Source: Gammaproteobacteria bacterium (GTDB taxonomy: Bacteria; Pseudomonadota; Gammaproteobacteria; Ga0077536). Taken from it: a stretch of 64,000 bases of DNA. The position numbers and the translations under genes are program-made. The stretch covers positions 2,176,001 through 2,240,000 of the forward strand of contig CAXXLL010000003.1 in the NCBI GenBank assembly GCA_963662545.2, in the 5' to 3' direction. A model generated the notes under the pieces. The model did no database searches and had not been told where the DNA came from. It saw only the letters and a list, made by a program, of their open reading frames with translations. Position 1 is the first letter of the stretch; each line of letters begins with the position of its first letter. This document shows, in pieces, positions 40,175 through 50,051 of this stretch.

Positions 40175-41303
40175 CTAGCCGGAGGGGAACTGCCTGATGC
40201 CTTCCCAACCCTGCGCCGGCTCCTGGAGGCGCGCATGGGCAAGGCCGGCAAGCGGGAATACGTCCAGGTCCTTCGGCTTCTGGAGACCTTCGATCGCGAG
40301 GTGCTTCACGGCGCGGTGAAGGACGCCCTGCGTCTGGGCGCGATCGGCTACGACGCCGTCAAACACCTTGTGCTGTGCCGTATCGAGCGACGCCCGCCCA
40401 AACTCGACCTGGATATCTATCCCTACCTGCCTCGGGCCAACGTGGCGACCACGGCCGCCGCCAGTTATATGAGCTTGTTGGGTGGAGGCGCGTCATGACC
40501 GATACGCCGCAAGTGTTGCTGGCCCATCACCTCAAGACCCTGAAACTGCCGACGTTCCTGCGCGAATACGACAAGCTGGCCCGCCAATGCGCCACCGAGG
40601 GCGCCGACCCTGTGCGGTATCTTGTCCGTCTGACCGGGTTGGAACTGATCGACCGTGAGCGCCGCATGGTCGAGCGGCGGAGCAGACAGGCCAGGTTCCC
40701 CGCCGTCAAAAGCCTCGACAGCTTCGACTTCAAGGCCATCGCCTCGCTCAACAAGATGCTGGTTCTGGAGTTGGCGCGATGCGAATACGTAGAGCGTCGT
40801 GAGAATATCATCGCGCTCGGCAACAGCGGAACCGGCAAGACCCATATCGCCCTCGGTCTCGGTCTGGCGGCCTGCCAAAAGGGGCTCTCCGTCGGCTTCA
40901 TCACGGCCGCCGCCCTGGTTCATGAACTGATGGAGGCCAGGGATGAAAAACGCCTGTTGCGCCTGCAGAAGCAACTGGCAAAGTATCACCTTCTGATCAT
41001 CGACGAACTCGGCTTCGTGCCGCTCTCGAAGACCGGCGCCGAGCTGCTGTTCGAAGTCTTCAGCCAGCGCTACGAGCGGGGCTCGATCATGGTGACCTCC
41101 AACTTGCCGTTCGATGAGTGGACGGAGATATTCGGCTCGGAACGTCTGACCGGGGCTTTGCTGGACCGCCTGACCCACCCTGTCCATATCCTGGAAATGA
41201 ACGGCGAGAGCTATCGTCTCAACCAAAGCCAAAAACGGCGGAAATCCCCAAATACGCCTGCTTGACCACCGAACTCAAGGTTGACCCGGTGGGTCCACAG
41301 GAA
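40175..41303 (+). mobile_element. truncated second copy of the IS21 at 22245-24825 (3' istA fragment plus istB)
   Basis: Near-identical to about 23535-24663; cut by IS1380 on the left and IS3 on the right. Confidence 0.92.
40495..41265 (+). CDS. istB: IS21 helper ATPase IstB (copy)
   Basis: Differs from 23855-24625 at two residues in the translations given. Confidence 0.92.
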   Translation: MTDTPQVLLAHHLKTLKLPTFLREYDKLARQCATEGADPVRYLVRLTGLELIDRERRMVERRSRQARFPAVKSLDSFDFKAIASLNKMLVLELARCEYVERRENIIALGNSGTGKTHIALGLGLAACQKGLSVGFITAAALVHELMEARDEKRLLRLQKQLAKYHLLIIDELGFVPLSKTGAELLFEVFSQRYERGSIMVTSNLPFDEWTEIFGSERLTGALLDRLTHPVHILEMNGESYRLNQSQKRRKSPNTPA

Positions 41304-41357
41304 CAGAAGTGGACCCCGGATCTTGGACACTGTCTTAAGTGAAATCTCCACTGGGTC

Positions 41358-42197
41358 TTAGGCCGCTTGGGCGACCTCATCGAAGTACACCGCATCCGGG
41401 GTGCGTCGGTCCAGCGCCGTGTGGCGGCGCCGAGCATTGTAGAAATCGAAATAGCGGGTGAGGCCGACACGCAGCGCGGCCGGCGTGTCATAGGCTCGCA
41501 GGTAGATATCCTCGTACTTCACGCTGCGCCACAGTCGCTCGACGAAAACGTTGTCGAGCCAGCGCCCCTTGCCATCCATGCTGATCGCCACGCCGTGTGT
41601 CTTGAGCACATCGGTGAACGCCTCGGAGGTGAATTGCGCGCCCTGGTCGGTGTTGAAGATCTCCGGCGCCCCGTACCGAGCCAACGCCTCCTCAAGTGCC
41701 TCGACACAGAACGCACTGTCCAACGTGTTCGATACCCGCCACGAGAGCACCCGCCGCGAGTACCAATCCATCACCGCGACCAGATACATGAACCCCCGGG
41801 CCATCGGGATATAGCAGATGTCCGTTGCCCAGACCTGGTTCGCCCGCGCGACCGAAATGTCCCTGAGCAAGTACGGGTAGACCTTATGGCCACGACCCGC
41901 CACGCTTGTGCGAGGCTTCGGATAGAGCGCCGCCAGCCCCATCTGGCGCATCAGTCGCTGCACCCGCTTGCGATTGACCCAATGCCCGCGGGTCTCCAGT
42001 TCGTCGCGCATCCGACGACTGCCGTAGAACGGGCGTTCGAGATGAATCTCGTCGATCAGACGCATCAGCGCCAAGTCTGCCTCCGACACTGGGCTCGGGC
42101 GGTAGTACGCCGTCGAGCGCGCGACCTCGAGCAGCTCACAGCGCCGGGTGACCGGCAACGAATGTTCGCGCTGGACCATCTGTCTGCGCTCGCTCAT
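41358..42197 (-). CDS. IS3-family transposase OrfB
   Basis: FYGSRRM, NQVWATDICY, NTDQGAQFTS, DNVFVERLWRSVKYE. Confidence 0.93.
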   Translation of the reverse strand: MSERRQMVQREHSLPVTRRCELLEVARSTAYYRPSPVSEADLALMRLIDEIHLERPFYGSRRMRDELETRGHWVNRKRVQRLMRQMGLAALYPKPRTSVAGRGHKVYPYLLRDISVARANQVWATDICYIPMARGFMYLVAVMDWYSRRVLSWRVSNTLDSAFCVEALEEALARYGAPEIFNTDQGAQFTSEAFTDVLKTHGVAISMDGKGRWLDNVFVERLWRSVKYEDIYLRAYDTPAALRVGLTRYFDFYNARRRHTALDRRTPDAVYFDEVAQAA

Positions 42198-42487
42198 CGG
42201 TCGCGACCGAGCGCTTTGGATAAAAAATCCTTCTCCATTGTCAGTTGACCGATTTTGGCGTGGAGCTTCTCGGTCTCGCGTTCACCGTTCTCGCCTCCGT
42301 CCTTAGCGCCATTGCCAAAAAACTCCTCCGCTTGCGACAACAGCTTCTTCTTCCAGTCCTGGATTTGATTGGGGTGAATATCAAACTGCTCAGCGAGTTC
42401 AACCATCGTGCGGTCCTCTCGAACCGCCGCCACAGCCACTTTCGCCTTGAAGCTTGCCGAATGATTGCGTCGTTTCCTCTTTGTCAT
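42194..42487 (-). CDS. IS3-family transposase OrfA
   Basis: RRNHSASFKAKVA, ELAEQFDIHPNQI..WK, LHAKIGQLTMEKDFL. Confidence 0.93.
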   Translation of the reverse strand: MTKRKRRNHSASFKAKVAVAAVREDRTMVELAEQFDIHPNQIQDWKKKLLSQAEEFFGNGAKDGGENGERETEKLHAKIGQLTMEKDFLSKALGRDR

Positions 42488-42609
42488 CTTCTGCTCCTTC
42501 TCCGCCGAGTACTTTAATACAGAAGATTTCACTTAGCTCCGCCGTTCAGCTGTCCAATCGATGGGGTCCACCGCTGTAAACTGTCAATTGACGTTGCGGA
42601 GTAACAGCC

Positions 42610-44178
42610 ATGACGAGAAAACAGCTCAATGGGAGCACGGATCTGCTCGCCAAGGCGATGCGGAAAGTAGAGTTATAACGGAATCTGGTGTTTGAGATAG
42701 TTGAAGAAAGGCGGCGTATCTGGTTGAAATGTTGTTACCAAGCAGCAAGCCAACCAAAGAGGATACGCCACCATGAGAGAGAGTAACGTTGTTGAAATAT
42801 CAGGTCGAGGAGGAATTTCAGATCCGTTGACGGAGGTTTTGAGAAACGGTGCACGGGCGCTGATTGAGCGAGCAGTTGAACGCGAGCTGGCAGAGTATTT
42901 GGCGCAGTATTCAAGCCATCGCACGGCGGACGACAAAGCGGGTGTCGTTCGGAACGGCTATTTGCCGGAGCGACAGTTGCAGACGGGCTTGGGGACGGTC
43001 ACGGTCAGGATACCGAAGGTTCGTTCGAAGCTCGGCGAGCCGGTGACCTTCCGTTCAGCGCTGGTGCCGCCGTATGTGCGCAAGACAAGAACCCTGGAGG
43101 CGGCCGTGCCGTGGCTGTATTTGAAGGGCGTTTCCAGTGGCGAAATGGGCGCTGCGCTGGAAGTTTTGTTGGGGCCGCAGGCGAAGGGCCTGTCGGCGAG
43201 CACCGTGTCGCGCTTGAAGCAGGTGTGGGCGCAAGAATACCGCGACTGGTGCGAGGGGCGATTGGACCAGGACCGCTGGGTGTAGGTGTGGGCGGACGGT
43301 GTCTACAGTGGCCTGCGGGCGGAGCACACGAAGCTGTGTGCGTTGGTGGTGATCGGCGTCAATGAGCGAGGTGAGAAGCGTTTTTTGGCGATGGAGGATG
43401 GTGTGCGGGAGTCCACGCAGAGCTGGCGCGAGGTGTTGCTGAAATTGAAGTCACGCGGGATGAATATTCCCAAGCTGGCGATCGGGGACGGTGCCATGGG
43501 CTTCCGGGCCGCACTGGAGGAAGTCTACGGTGAGACCCGCCAGCAACGCTGCTGGATGCACAAGACGATGAACGTGCTGAACTGCCTGCCGAAGTCGGCA
43601 CAGGCCAAAGCCAGGCAAGCCCTGCACGCGATCTGGCAGGCCGCGACAAAGGCCGACGCCGAGAAGGCGTTCGAGCTGTTCCTCAAGACCTATGAACCGA
43701 AGTATCCCAGGGCGACCCTGTGCCTACAGAAAGACCGTGAGGAGTTGCTGGTGTTCTATGATTTTCCGGCACCACATTGGCAAAGCATTCGCACGAGCAA
43801 TCCGATTGAATCCACCTTCGCTACGATCCGGCACCGGACCCGGCGCTCCAAGGGCTGTCTCTCTCGGGACGGCATGCTCCATATGATGTTCAAGCTGGGG
43901 CGGTGTGCGCAGAAGAATTGGCGACGCCTACGTGGATTCGACTATCTGGCCAAGGTGATTACTGGAGTTAAATTTGAAGATGGTATCGAGGTGACAAGGG
44001 TCAATCAGGTCGCCGCTTGATTCAACCGCCTGAACACCACTTTTGACAATAACTCCGGAAAGTATTTGAAGAGTGCCTGGAATCTACTCATGGGGCGGTA
44101 AAAGAAGACCTCGGCAAGATGGAAGGCCGTTTGACCGAGCGCATAGATGACGTAAATGATCGGTGTTTATATACTTGA
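42610..44178 (+). pseudogene. small coiled-coil hypothetical gene disrupted by IS256
   Basis: Removing IS256 gives MTRKQLNGSTDLLAKAMRKVFEECLESTHGAVKEDLGKMEGRLTERIDDVNDRCLYT; GGAG RBS. Confidence 0.65.
42670..44055 (+). mobile_element. IS256-family insertion sequence; transposase 42773-44020 has an in-frame TAG at 43283-85
   Basis: IRs GAGTTAT..GTGTT; perfect 9-bp target duplication CGGAAAGTA (42661-69, 44056-64); RNGY..R, WADG, IGDGAMG, QRCWMHK, TSNPIES. Confidence 0.95.
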
Positions 44179-44205
44179 CGACACGCCGTCAAGTATATAA
44201 ACACC
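44162..44205. promoter_or_regulatory. perfect 19-bp inverted repeat (operator/divergent promoter or hairpin)
   Basis: GGTGTTTATATACTTGACG-acacgc-CGTCAAGTATATAAACACC. Confidence 0.7.
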
Positions 44206-44495
44206 AAAGTATTGAAAGCCGGCGTCGGATTTCAATCGCAGGCCGAACGCCGGTCTCGATCGACGCGCGCCCTCGCCCATGTCCTGGGCGCTCAAACCAT
44301 GGCTGAGCCGGGTTCCAGATGCGCGATAATTCACTTTATCGCGCGTCAGCCCCGGTCGCCGCATGGGACCCGCAGCAATCGAGGACCGGGGGGGGCTCCT
44401 TTTTGCCTCGCCGCTCGATTCGAAGTACCTATGGGTCCATCCGTCCCACGGGAGCCCTCGCGCGTAAGGCCGAAATCGGTCAAACATTGACCGGT

Positions 44496-44901
44496 CTGGC
44501 ACAGAAATATCATGTTGCTGTGCCGGCAGTGTGCCGGCAGGGGGCCATGAAATCATGGGGTTACGGAGGGGCTGTGCCGGAGTGTGCCGGCAGTGTGCCG
44601 GGTTTTGGGGGGCTATTATTATTATTATTCAATAAGATAGGTAGGTAGTAGGTTGACGTTACCCCGTTTCCCCCCGGAAATGCCCCCCGACGTGTGTGCG
44701 CACGCCTCGCGCTTACGCACACGCGCGCACCCGACCCACCTATTTTGCGGCGGATCTGTGTCATTTGCCGCTTTTCCGTTACGGTTCAATGAGTTATCTG
44801 GCACAAGCCCGGCACAGCGTTGTGCCGGGAACCTGAATCTCCCGAAGATTCAGAGGTCTAACATACCCTCTCCAGCACATGGTAATTTGAGTTTGTGCCG
44901 G
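44496..44901. repeat. iteron-like TGTGCCGG cluster with AT-rich core (putative replication origin)
   Basis: About 10 TGTGCC(G/A)G copies in both orientations flanking CTATTATTATTATTATTCAATAAG; IHF-like sites. Confidence 0.7.
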
Positions 44902-45955
44902 CGCTGGGTAGTGTCTCAGTCAGACGTTTTCCAATGACAAAAAATGACCCGACCGAGGTCTATAACATGCTCGACGACCTCGGTTTGCTGGAGGGCATTG
45001 GCCGGGAGCTGGACAACATCACGAAGATTATCTGGCGCTGCCTCAGAAACTATCGCGACAAAGCGCTAATTTCATACTGAGACACTGCCACATATTCGCA
45101 TGCGTTTAAGGTCACCGAATACCCATGGAACAATCCGCCCGTCAATACAATGTTGTAATTCCCGTGCGCTAACCAGTCGAGGCTGGTGAGTACGGAAACG
45201 CCAGGGTGTCAAAACCTCAGCGCCTCGCGCGTAGGCCCCAACAAGTGAGACAACGAGACCCATAGGTACTTAAGCCAAACGCCGACGTGGTTGGACGACC
45301 CCCCCTGGTGCTTCAAGCCAAAGGGTCCCATCTGCGACTCTTTCCACATGCGCGATAAACTCAATTTTCGCGCATCGGGACCCTGATTAAGCTAGGAGTG
45401 GTCGACGAAAATTTGCTGCCGCACGCCATCGTGGCCGCTTGCCCGGAGACACGTTTCGTTGCGTCCGGCGGCATTCGAGATCTTATAGCTCCGGCTAAGA
45501 CATGTCCCGACCGTAGCTGAAAAGGCCCGGTTTCCGCATCGGTAATTAACCTGGAGCCCTTCTAAGGGATCACGCCACTCGCGCTCGAGTTTCATCCAGC
45601 TGTCGGTTTGCCTTTTACAAGCACCTTGGGCATACGACCTGCTTACGCCAGAGCAACCCTTTGCTCGCACAACTCAAGTCAGTAAGTTCTTCTGATCTTT
45701 GGCATCGTGGACGCCTCTCATCGTCAAGGTTTAGATGCCCACGACAGCGAGTCAAGACCGCATGGCATTCTCTTTAGACATTCACAATGGTGACATTCAC
45801 AATGATTGTGAATGTACAGTAAGGTATTAAAACGTCCCGTATCACCCACGACTGACTTGAATTGAACAGCGAAGTTGAGCACGTCGTGGAATAGCTGGTG
45901 CGCAGATCCAGGGTAGCCGAAACCATGCTCCGTGCCGACCAAATTGGAGACAGCC

Positions 45956-47077
45956 ATGACCGAATACGTTCCTCTTCCGCCTGGACCTGACAACCAATAC
46001 ATACCCTCTCCCAAAGCGATGAGGCTATTGGATAAACGCCTCAAGGCATCACCCGAGGAATTCGCTATGTGGGCATATCGGGGACCGGAAGATAGCGGTC
46101 TTCGTGTATACACCAATGCCAATGAGCTCGATCCGCCGCCCGAGGTTCGTTTTGATCCGTCCTTGGGAGGGGACCCCGATTACCTGTCACCCTTGATGGC
46201 GTGTTGGTTTCGGGAACAGGACATCCTGAATTTCATTCCGGACGAGCGGTACATGACCGGCGCAGCACTCATTGAGCGCTGGAGCGGGCATTCAGACATC
46301 CAACCCGAGGCGTTCATACTTGCCAAAATTGAGGAGGACCGCCTTCTAGACATGCACCTGGTTTGGGGCCTGACGCAAGGAAGTATGTCCGGCGACGAGT
46401 GGTATCCGCCGATGTCGGACGGCTTATTTGAGCTGTCTAAAATCGAAGCCATCGAAAAGGAGGATCTCGACTTCACAGAGAGCGACACATCAGAAACGAC
46501 TGTAGACGACCAAACGGGGAGTGATCTCGCTCCGGACGCAAACCTGCGAGAAACAACTGATCCTTGCGCCGTATTCCGCGAGATGGAGCATCTTGCGGCC
46601 GACGAGGTCACCATCGCATTTGTCGGCGATCGAAATGAGGACGGGCTGGGGGCAAATAACATGCTCGAGATTTCTGCGCGCGATACCAGAAAGCGCGTTC
46701 CTCTCGCGACTCTTGAACTCATCGATAAACGAAGGGGTACGTTGAATCGCCAAGGCGGCATCCTTTTGGGCTTCGCGCAAAATCGCATGGCGCCTCGAAA
46801 CAACAAGAATTCGAAAACGGTGTCCCGGTTGCGTTCGTCACTACGCCGTTGCCTGGGCCTGCATGGAGATCCGTTTGAGGACTGCAAGCTCGGAGGCGGT
46901 TGGCAGCCTAGGTTCCGGATCGTTGACAAGCGAGGCGCAGCGGACGACCGCGCCGGGAGAGAGGCTGAAAAGCGCACGGAATCGTTTGAGCAAGCCGGTG
47001 AACGCGGCGGCCACTTCTCAGACGCTGACGAGGCAATGGGGTCTTCCGACCATGAGGACGACGACGCTGACGCGTGA
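45956..47077 (+). CDS. hypothetical protein upstream of alpA (possible regulator; probable TGG->TGA near the end)
   Basis: About 373-aa ORF with GGAG RBS; C-terminal HTH-like SKTVSRLRSSLRRCLGL; upstream GACATTCACAATG repeats. Confidence 0.7.
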   Translation: MTEYVPLPPGPDNQYIPSPKAMRLLDKRLKASPEEFAMWAYRGPEDSGLRVYTNANELDPPPEVRFDPSLGGDPDYLSPLMACWFREQDILNFIPDERYMTGAALIERWSGHSDIQPEAFILAKIEEDRLLDMHLVWGLTQGSMSGDEWYPPMSDGLFELSKIEAIEKEDLDFTESDTSETTVDDQTGSDLAPDANLRETTDPCAVFREMEHLAADEVTIAFVGDRNEDGLGANNMLEISARDTRKRVPLATLELIDKRRGTLNRQGGILLGFAQNRMAPRNNKNSKTVSRLRSSLRRCLGLHGDPFEDCKLGGGWQPRFRIVDKRGAADDRAGREAEKRTESFEQAGERGGHFSDADEAMGSSDHEDDDADA

Positions 47078-47279
47078 CTGCGTGAAAATGATCCAGGAGC
47101 TGCCGGCAGTACGTGACAAGTCATCGTGACAACATGACAAGTCAGCGAGTTGTCATGACAAATGCAATCGCCCTAATCTCCCTTAGTTCTCTATTTTTCA
47201 TACACTTACGTGGGGTCGTGTGACATGTCACGTGTACTGGTATGCAGCATGGTGCTGTGCGATGCCAGGAGGTTTGCGC

Positions 47280-47522
47280 ATGACCTACACGATTCTTCGA
47301 TTGCCGGAAGTACTGAAACGACGCGGTAGATCGAGAAGTGCGCACTACATGGATGTGGGCGCGCGCTTGTTTACGAAGCCGGTAGCGATCGGTGCCCGTG
47401 CGGTTGGCTGGCCCGAACACGAAGTCGATACGCTCAATGCGGCTCGTATCGCCGGGAAATCAGACGATGAGATCCGAGCCCTCGTCGCAGAGTTGGAGAC
47501 TGCCCGCGGAGTGGCGGCGTAA
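47280..47522 (+). CDS. alpA: AlpA-family phage regulatory protein
   Basis: ILRLPEVLKRRGRSRSAHY..V...LFTKPVAIGARAVGWPEHEV; AGGAGG RBS. Confidence 0.92.
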   Translation: MTYTILRLPEVLKRRGRSRSAHYMDVGARLFTKPVAIGARAVGWPEHEVDTLNAARIAGKSDDEIRALVAELETARGVAA

Positions 47523-47647
47523 GGGCAGACGGGTCAAGCCGAGCGGTACGAGAAATTAATGTCGGCGGGGTTCCAAACGGCAGTAACACCTACCTACGCG
47601 CCAGCTGGGGAAATGGTCGCCCGCGAGGCTGACGGGAACGCTGCCCG

Positions 47648-48535
47648 ATGAATGACGCGGCCTCCCTGTTCCGTGACGCGGTCCGGGCCGTTGGCTTGAC
47701 ACCACCCGATGTGATTGAGCCCGGCCAACTGCATCGCTTTCCAGGCGTCGGCAAAGGCCACGGTAACACCGCCGGATGGTGCAGGCTCTTCGAGGACGGT
47801 TTGGGCGGTTGCTTCGGTGACTGGTCTTCGGGCCTGTCCGAAACCTGGCAGGCGAAGCGCAACAAGCCTTATACGCGTGCCGAACGGGCCGCCTTCACCT
47901 GTCAGGTGGAGGCCGCGAGGGGCCGCGTCGAGTCGGCGCGTCGCGCCCAGCACGCCGAAGCCGCAGACCGGGCCAATGCAATCTGGTATGCGGCAGCACC
48001 TGCTCCCGGTAATCATCCTTACCTAGTCCGAAAGCGTATCCAGCCCCATGGCGCAAGGCTGCACAAAGGCGCACTGACGTTGCCCGTCACGGACTTTGCC
48101 GACCGGATGACCAGTCTGCAATTCATCTCTGCCGATGGCGCCAAGCGGTTGCTCTCTGGTGGACGCAAGCGCGGCTGCTTCATTCATGTGGCGGGCAATA
48201 TGACGCATTGCTCTCGCATTATCCTCTGCGAGGGCTGGGCTACTGGTTGCACCCTGGCCGAGGATGAACCCGCCACGCTGGTGCTGGCCGCCATTGATGC
48301 GGGGAATCTGGAGCCGGTTGCGGTGGCTGCCCGCCGCCGTTGGCCGCACGTTGAGCAGGTGATTGCGGGTGATGATGACCGGCTGACGGCTGGCAATCCC
48401 GGCGCGGCCAAGGCGAAGGCTGCCGCCATTGCATCCAGGGCGCTGCTGGCCCTCCCCGAGTGGCCGGCAGGTGCACCCATGCATCTGACCGACTTCAACG
48501 ACCTAGCCGTGTGGCTAGCAGGAGGCAGGGCATGA
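47648..48535 (+). CDS. Toprim-domain DNA primase (P4/TraC-like)
   Basis: GQLHRF, FGDW, HPYLVRKRI, SLQFI, LCEGWATG, DAGNL, AGDDD, TDFNDL. Confidence 0.9.
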   Translation: MNDAASLFRDAVRAVGLTPPDVIEPGQLHRFPGVGKGHGNTAGWCRLFEDGLGGCFGDWSSGLSETWQAKRNKPYTRAERAAFTCQVEAARGRVESARRAQHAEAADRANAIWYAAAPAPGNHPYLVRKRIQPHGARLHKGALTLPVTDFADRMTSLQFISADGAKRLLSGGRKRGCFIHVAGNMTHCSRIILCEGWATGCTLAEDEPATLVLAAIDAGNLEPVAVAARRRWPHVEQVIAGDDDRLTAGNPGAAKAKAAAIASRALLALPEWPAGAPMHLTDFNDLAVWLAGGRA

Positions 48536-50049
48536 CCACTCAGTTGCTGAAATCCGCCGCACCGCCGGAGAAAGAATGGCCGGACTTGGTCCAGCTGGAT
48601 GCACCCAACCTGCCCCACCTCGACTTGGCGCATCTGCCCAGCTGGGCAGGAGACTACGCCCGCGCACTCGCCGCCGCCACCGAGACCCCGCCAGAGCTGG
48701 CTGCAGGAATGATCTTGGTCACCTGTGCCGCCGCTGCCGTGCGGCACCTGCGGGTGCAGGTGAAACCGGACTACTTTGAGCCCTGCAACCTGTGGGTCGT
48801 AGTCGCCCTACCACCCGGTAATCGCAAAAGTGCCGTGCAGGGCGCCGCCACTGCGCCGCTGGCGGCATGGGAGCGGGATCAGGCGAAGAACATGAAAACG
48901 GAGATCACGCGCATCAGCAGCGAATGCAAGACCTTGGATGCGCGCGTCAAGGCCAAACGTAACGAAGCTGCGCGGGCGAAAACTCCCGAGCAAGCCGATG
49001 CTCTAGCGAAGGAGGTTGCGGACCTGGAAGCTGACCCGCGCGACGTCCCAGTGACACCGCAAATCTGGACCTCGGACACGACTCCGGAGCGGCTGGGGAT
49101 ACTGTTGGCCGACCACGGCGAATGTATGGCCTGGCTGTCGTCCGAAGGCGGCGTTTTCGACCTGCTCCAAGGTCGATACTCGAACGCTATCCCTAATCTC
49201 GACCTCGTCCTCAAAGCCCACAGTGGCGATTCAGAGCGCGTCGACCGGGTCGGCCGACCACCGGTCTTGCTGCAAAGCCCGCGTCTCAGTATCGGCCTGA
49301 GTCCGCAGCCGGATGTACTACGAGGCCTCGCAACGAAACCCGGATTCCGGGGTCGGGGACTGCTGGGCCGGTTTCTCTATTTGCTCCCACCCTCACCGCT
49401 GGGGTTTCGCACCCTGGAGTCCACTCCCGTGCCTGAGAACATCCGAGATGCCTACGAGTCGGGCGTTCGCGCGATGCTGGATTGGGAGCCCGTCACTGAC
49501 GGACACGGCGACCAACAACCTCACGTGCTCCACCTAAGCGACGAGGCCTACACCGAGTGGCTCGACTTCGCGCGAGCCATCGAAGTCCAGATGCGGCCTA
49601 ACCGTCAGTTCGAGCACTTCACCGACTGGGCCGGCAAGGCTTCCGGTGCCGCGGCACGCCTGGCTGGGGTGCTGCACGGCATCAAACACGCGCACGGCAG
49701 ACCGTGGGAGGCATCCGTCACCATCGAAACCATGACCGCCGCCGTGGAGATCATGGCGGCCATCAGCCAGCACAGCCTAGCAGCGCTGGACCTGATGGGC
49801 GCCGATCCCAGCATTGCCGCCGCCCGGCGGGTGTGGGAGTGGATAGAACGCGGCCGATTGACCCGCTTTACTGTACGAGAAGCCTTCAATGCCCTGCGCG
49901 GCACCTTCCCCCGTGTCGCCATGCTGAACCGTGCCCTGGAGGCCTTGCAAGAGCGCGGCTATGTGGAGGTGATCGCATCACCGCGTGATGGCCCTGGTCG
50001 CCGTCCGTCGCCCACGGTGCGGGTGCGCCCAGGCGTCGTGCAGGGATAG
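48532..50049 (+). CDS. YfjI/DUF3987 family replication protein
   Basis: PPGNRKSAV, DTTPERL, SSEGG, DRVGR, GRGLLGRFL, AARLAGVLH, C-terminal wHTH; ATGA overlap. Confidence 0.88.
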   Translation: MTTQLLKSAAPPEKEWPDLVQLDAPNLPHLDLAHLPSWAGDYARALAAATETPPELAAGMILVTCAAAAVRHLRVQVKPDYFEPCNLWVVVALPPGNRKSAVQGAATAPLAAWERDQAKNMKTEITRISSECKTLDARVKAKRNEAARAKTPEQADALAKEVADLEADPRDVPVTPQIWTSDTTPERLGILLADHGECMAWLSSEGGVFDLLQGRYSNAIPNLDLVLKAHSGDSERVDRVGRPPVLLQSPRLSIGLSPQPDVLRGLATKPGFRGRGLLGRFLYLLPPSPLGFRTLESTPVPENIRDAYESGVRAMLDWEPVTDGHGDQQPHVLHLSDEAYTEWLDFARAIEVQMRPNRQFEHFTDWAGKASGAAARLAGVLHGIKHAHGRPWEASVTIETMTAAVEIMAAISQHSLAALDLMGADPSIAAARRVWEWIERGRLTRFTVREAFNALRGTFPRVAMLNRALEALQERGYVEVIASPRDGPGRRPSPTVRVRPGVVQG

Positions 50050-50051
50050 CA

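Larger units (their letters stand above)
41304..42576 (-). mobile_element. IS3-family insertion sequence
   Basis: IRs CAG(AA/CG)GTGGACCCC..TTGGACA with inner TAAGTGAAATCT. Confidence 0.9.

Noticed and set aside
12487-43285. In-frame TAG codons in three otherwise intact transposases (IS6 12487, IS3 13571, IS256 43283), suggesting amber recoding
   Set aside because: They replace different residues (Gln, Tyr), and housekeeping genes such as sucB and lpdA end normally at TAG; ordinary nonsense mutations are sufficient
44935-45720. Short ORFs between the iteron cluster and element B
   Set aside because: No recognisable motifs and frequent stops; probably degraded fragments that cannot be assigned by eye
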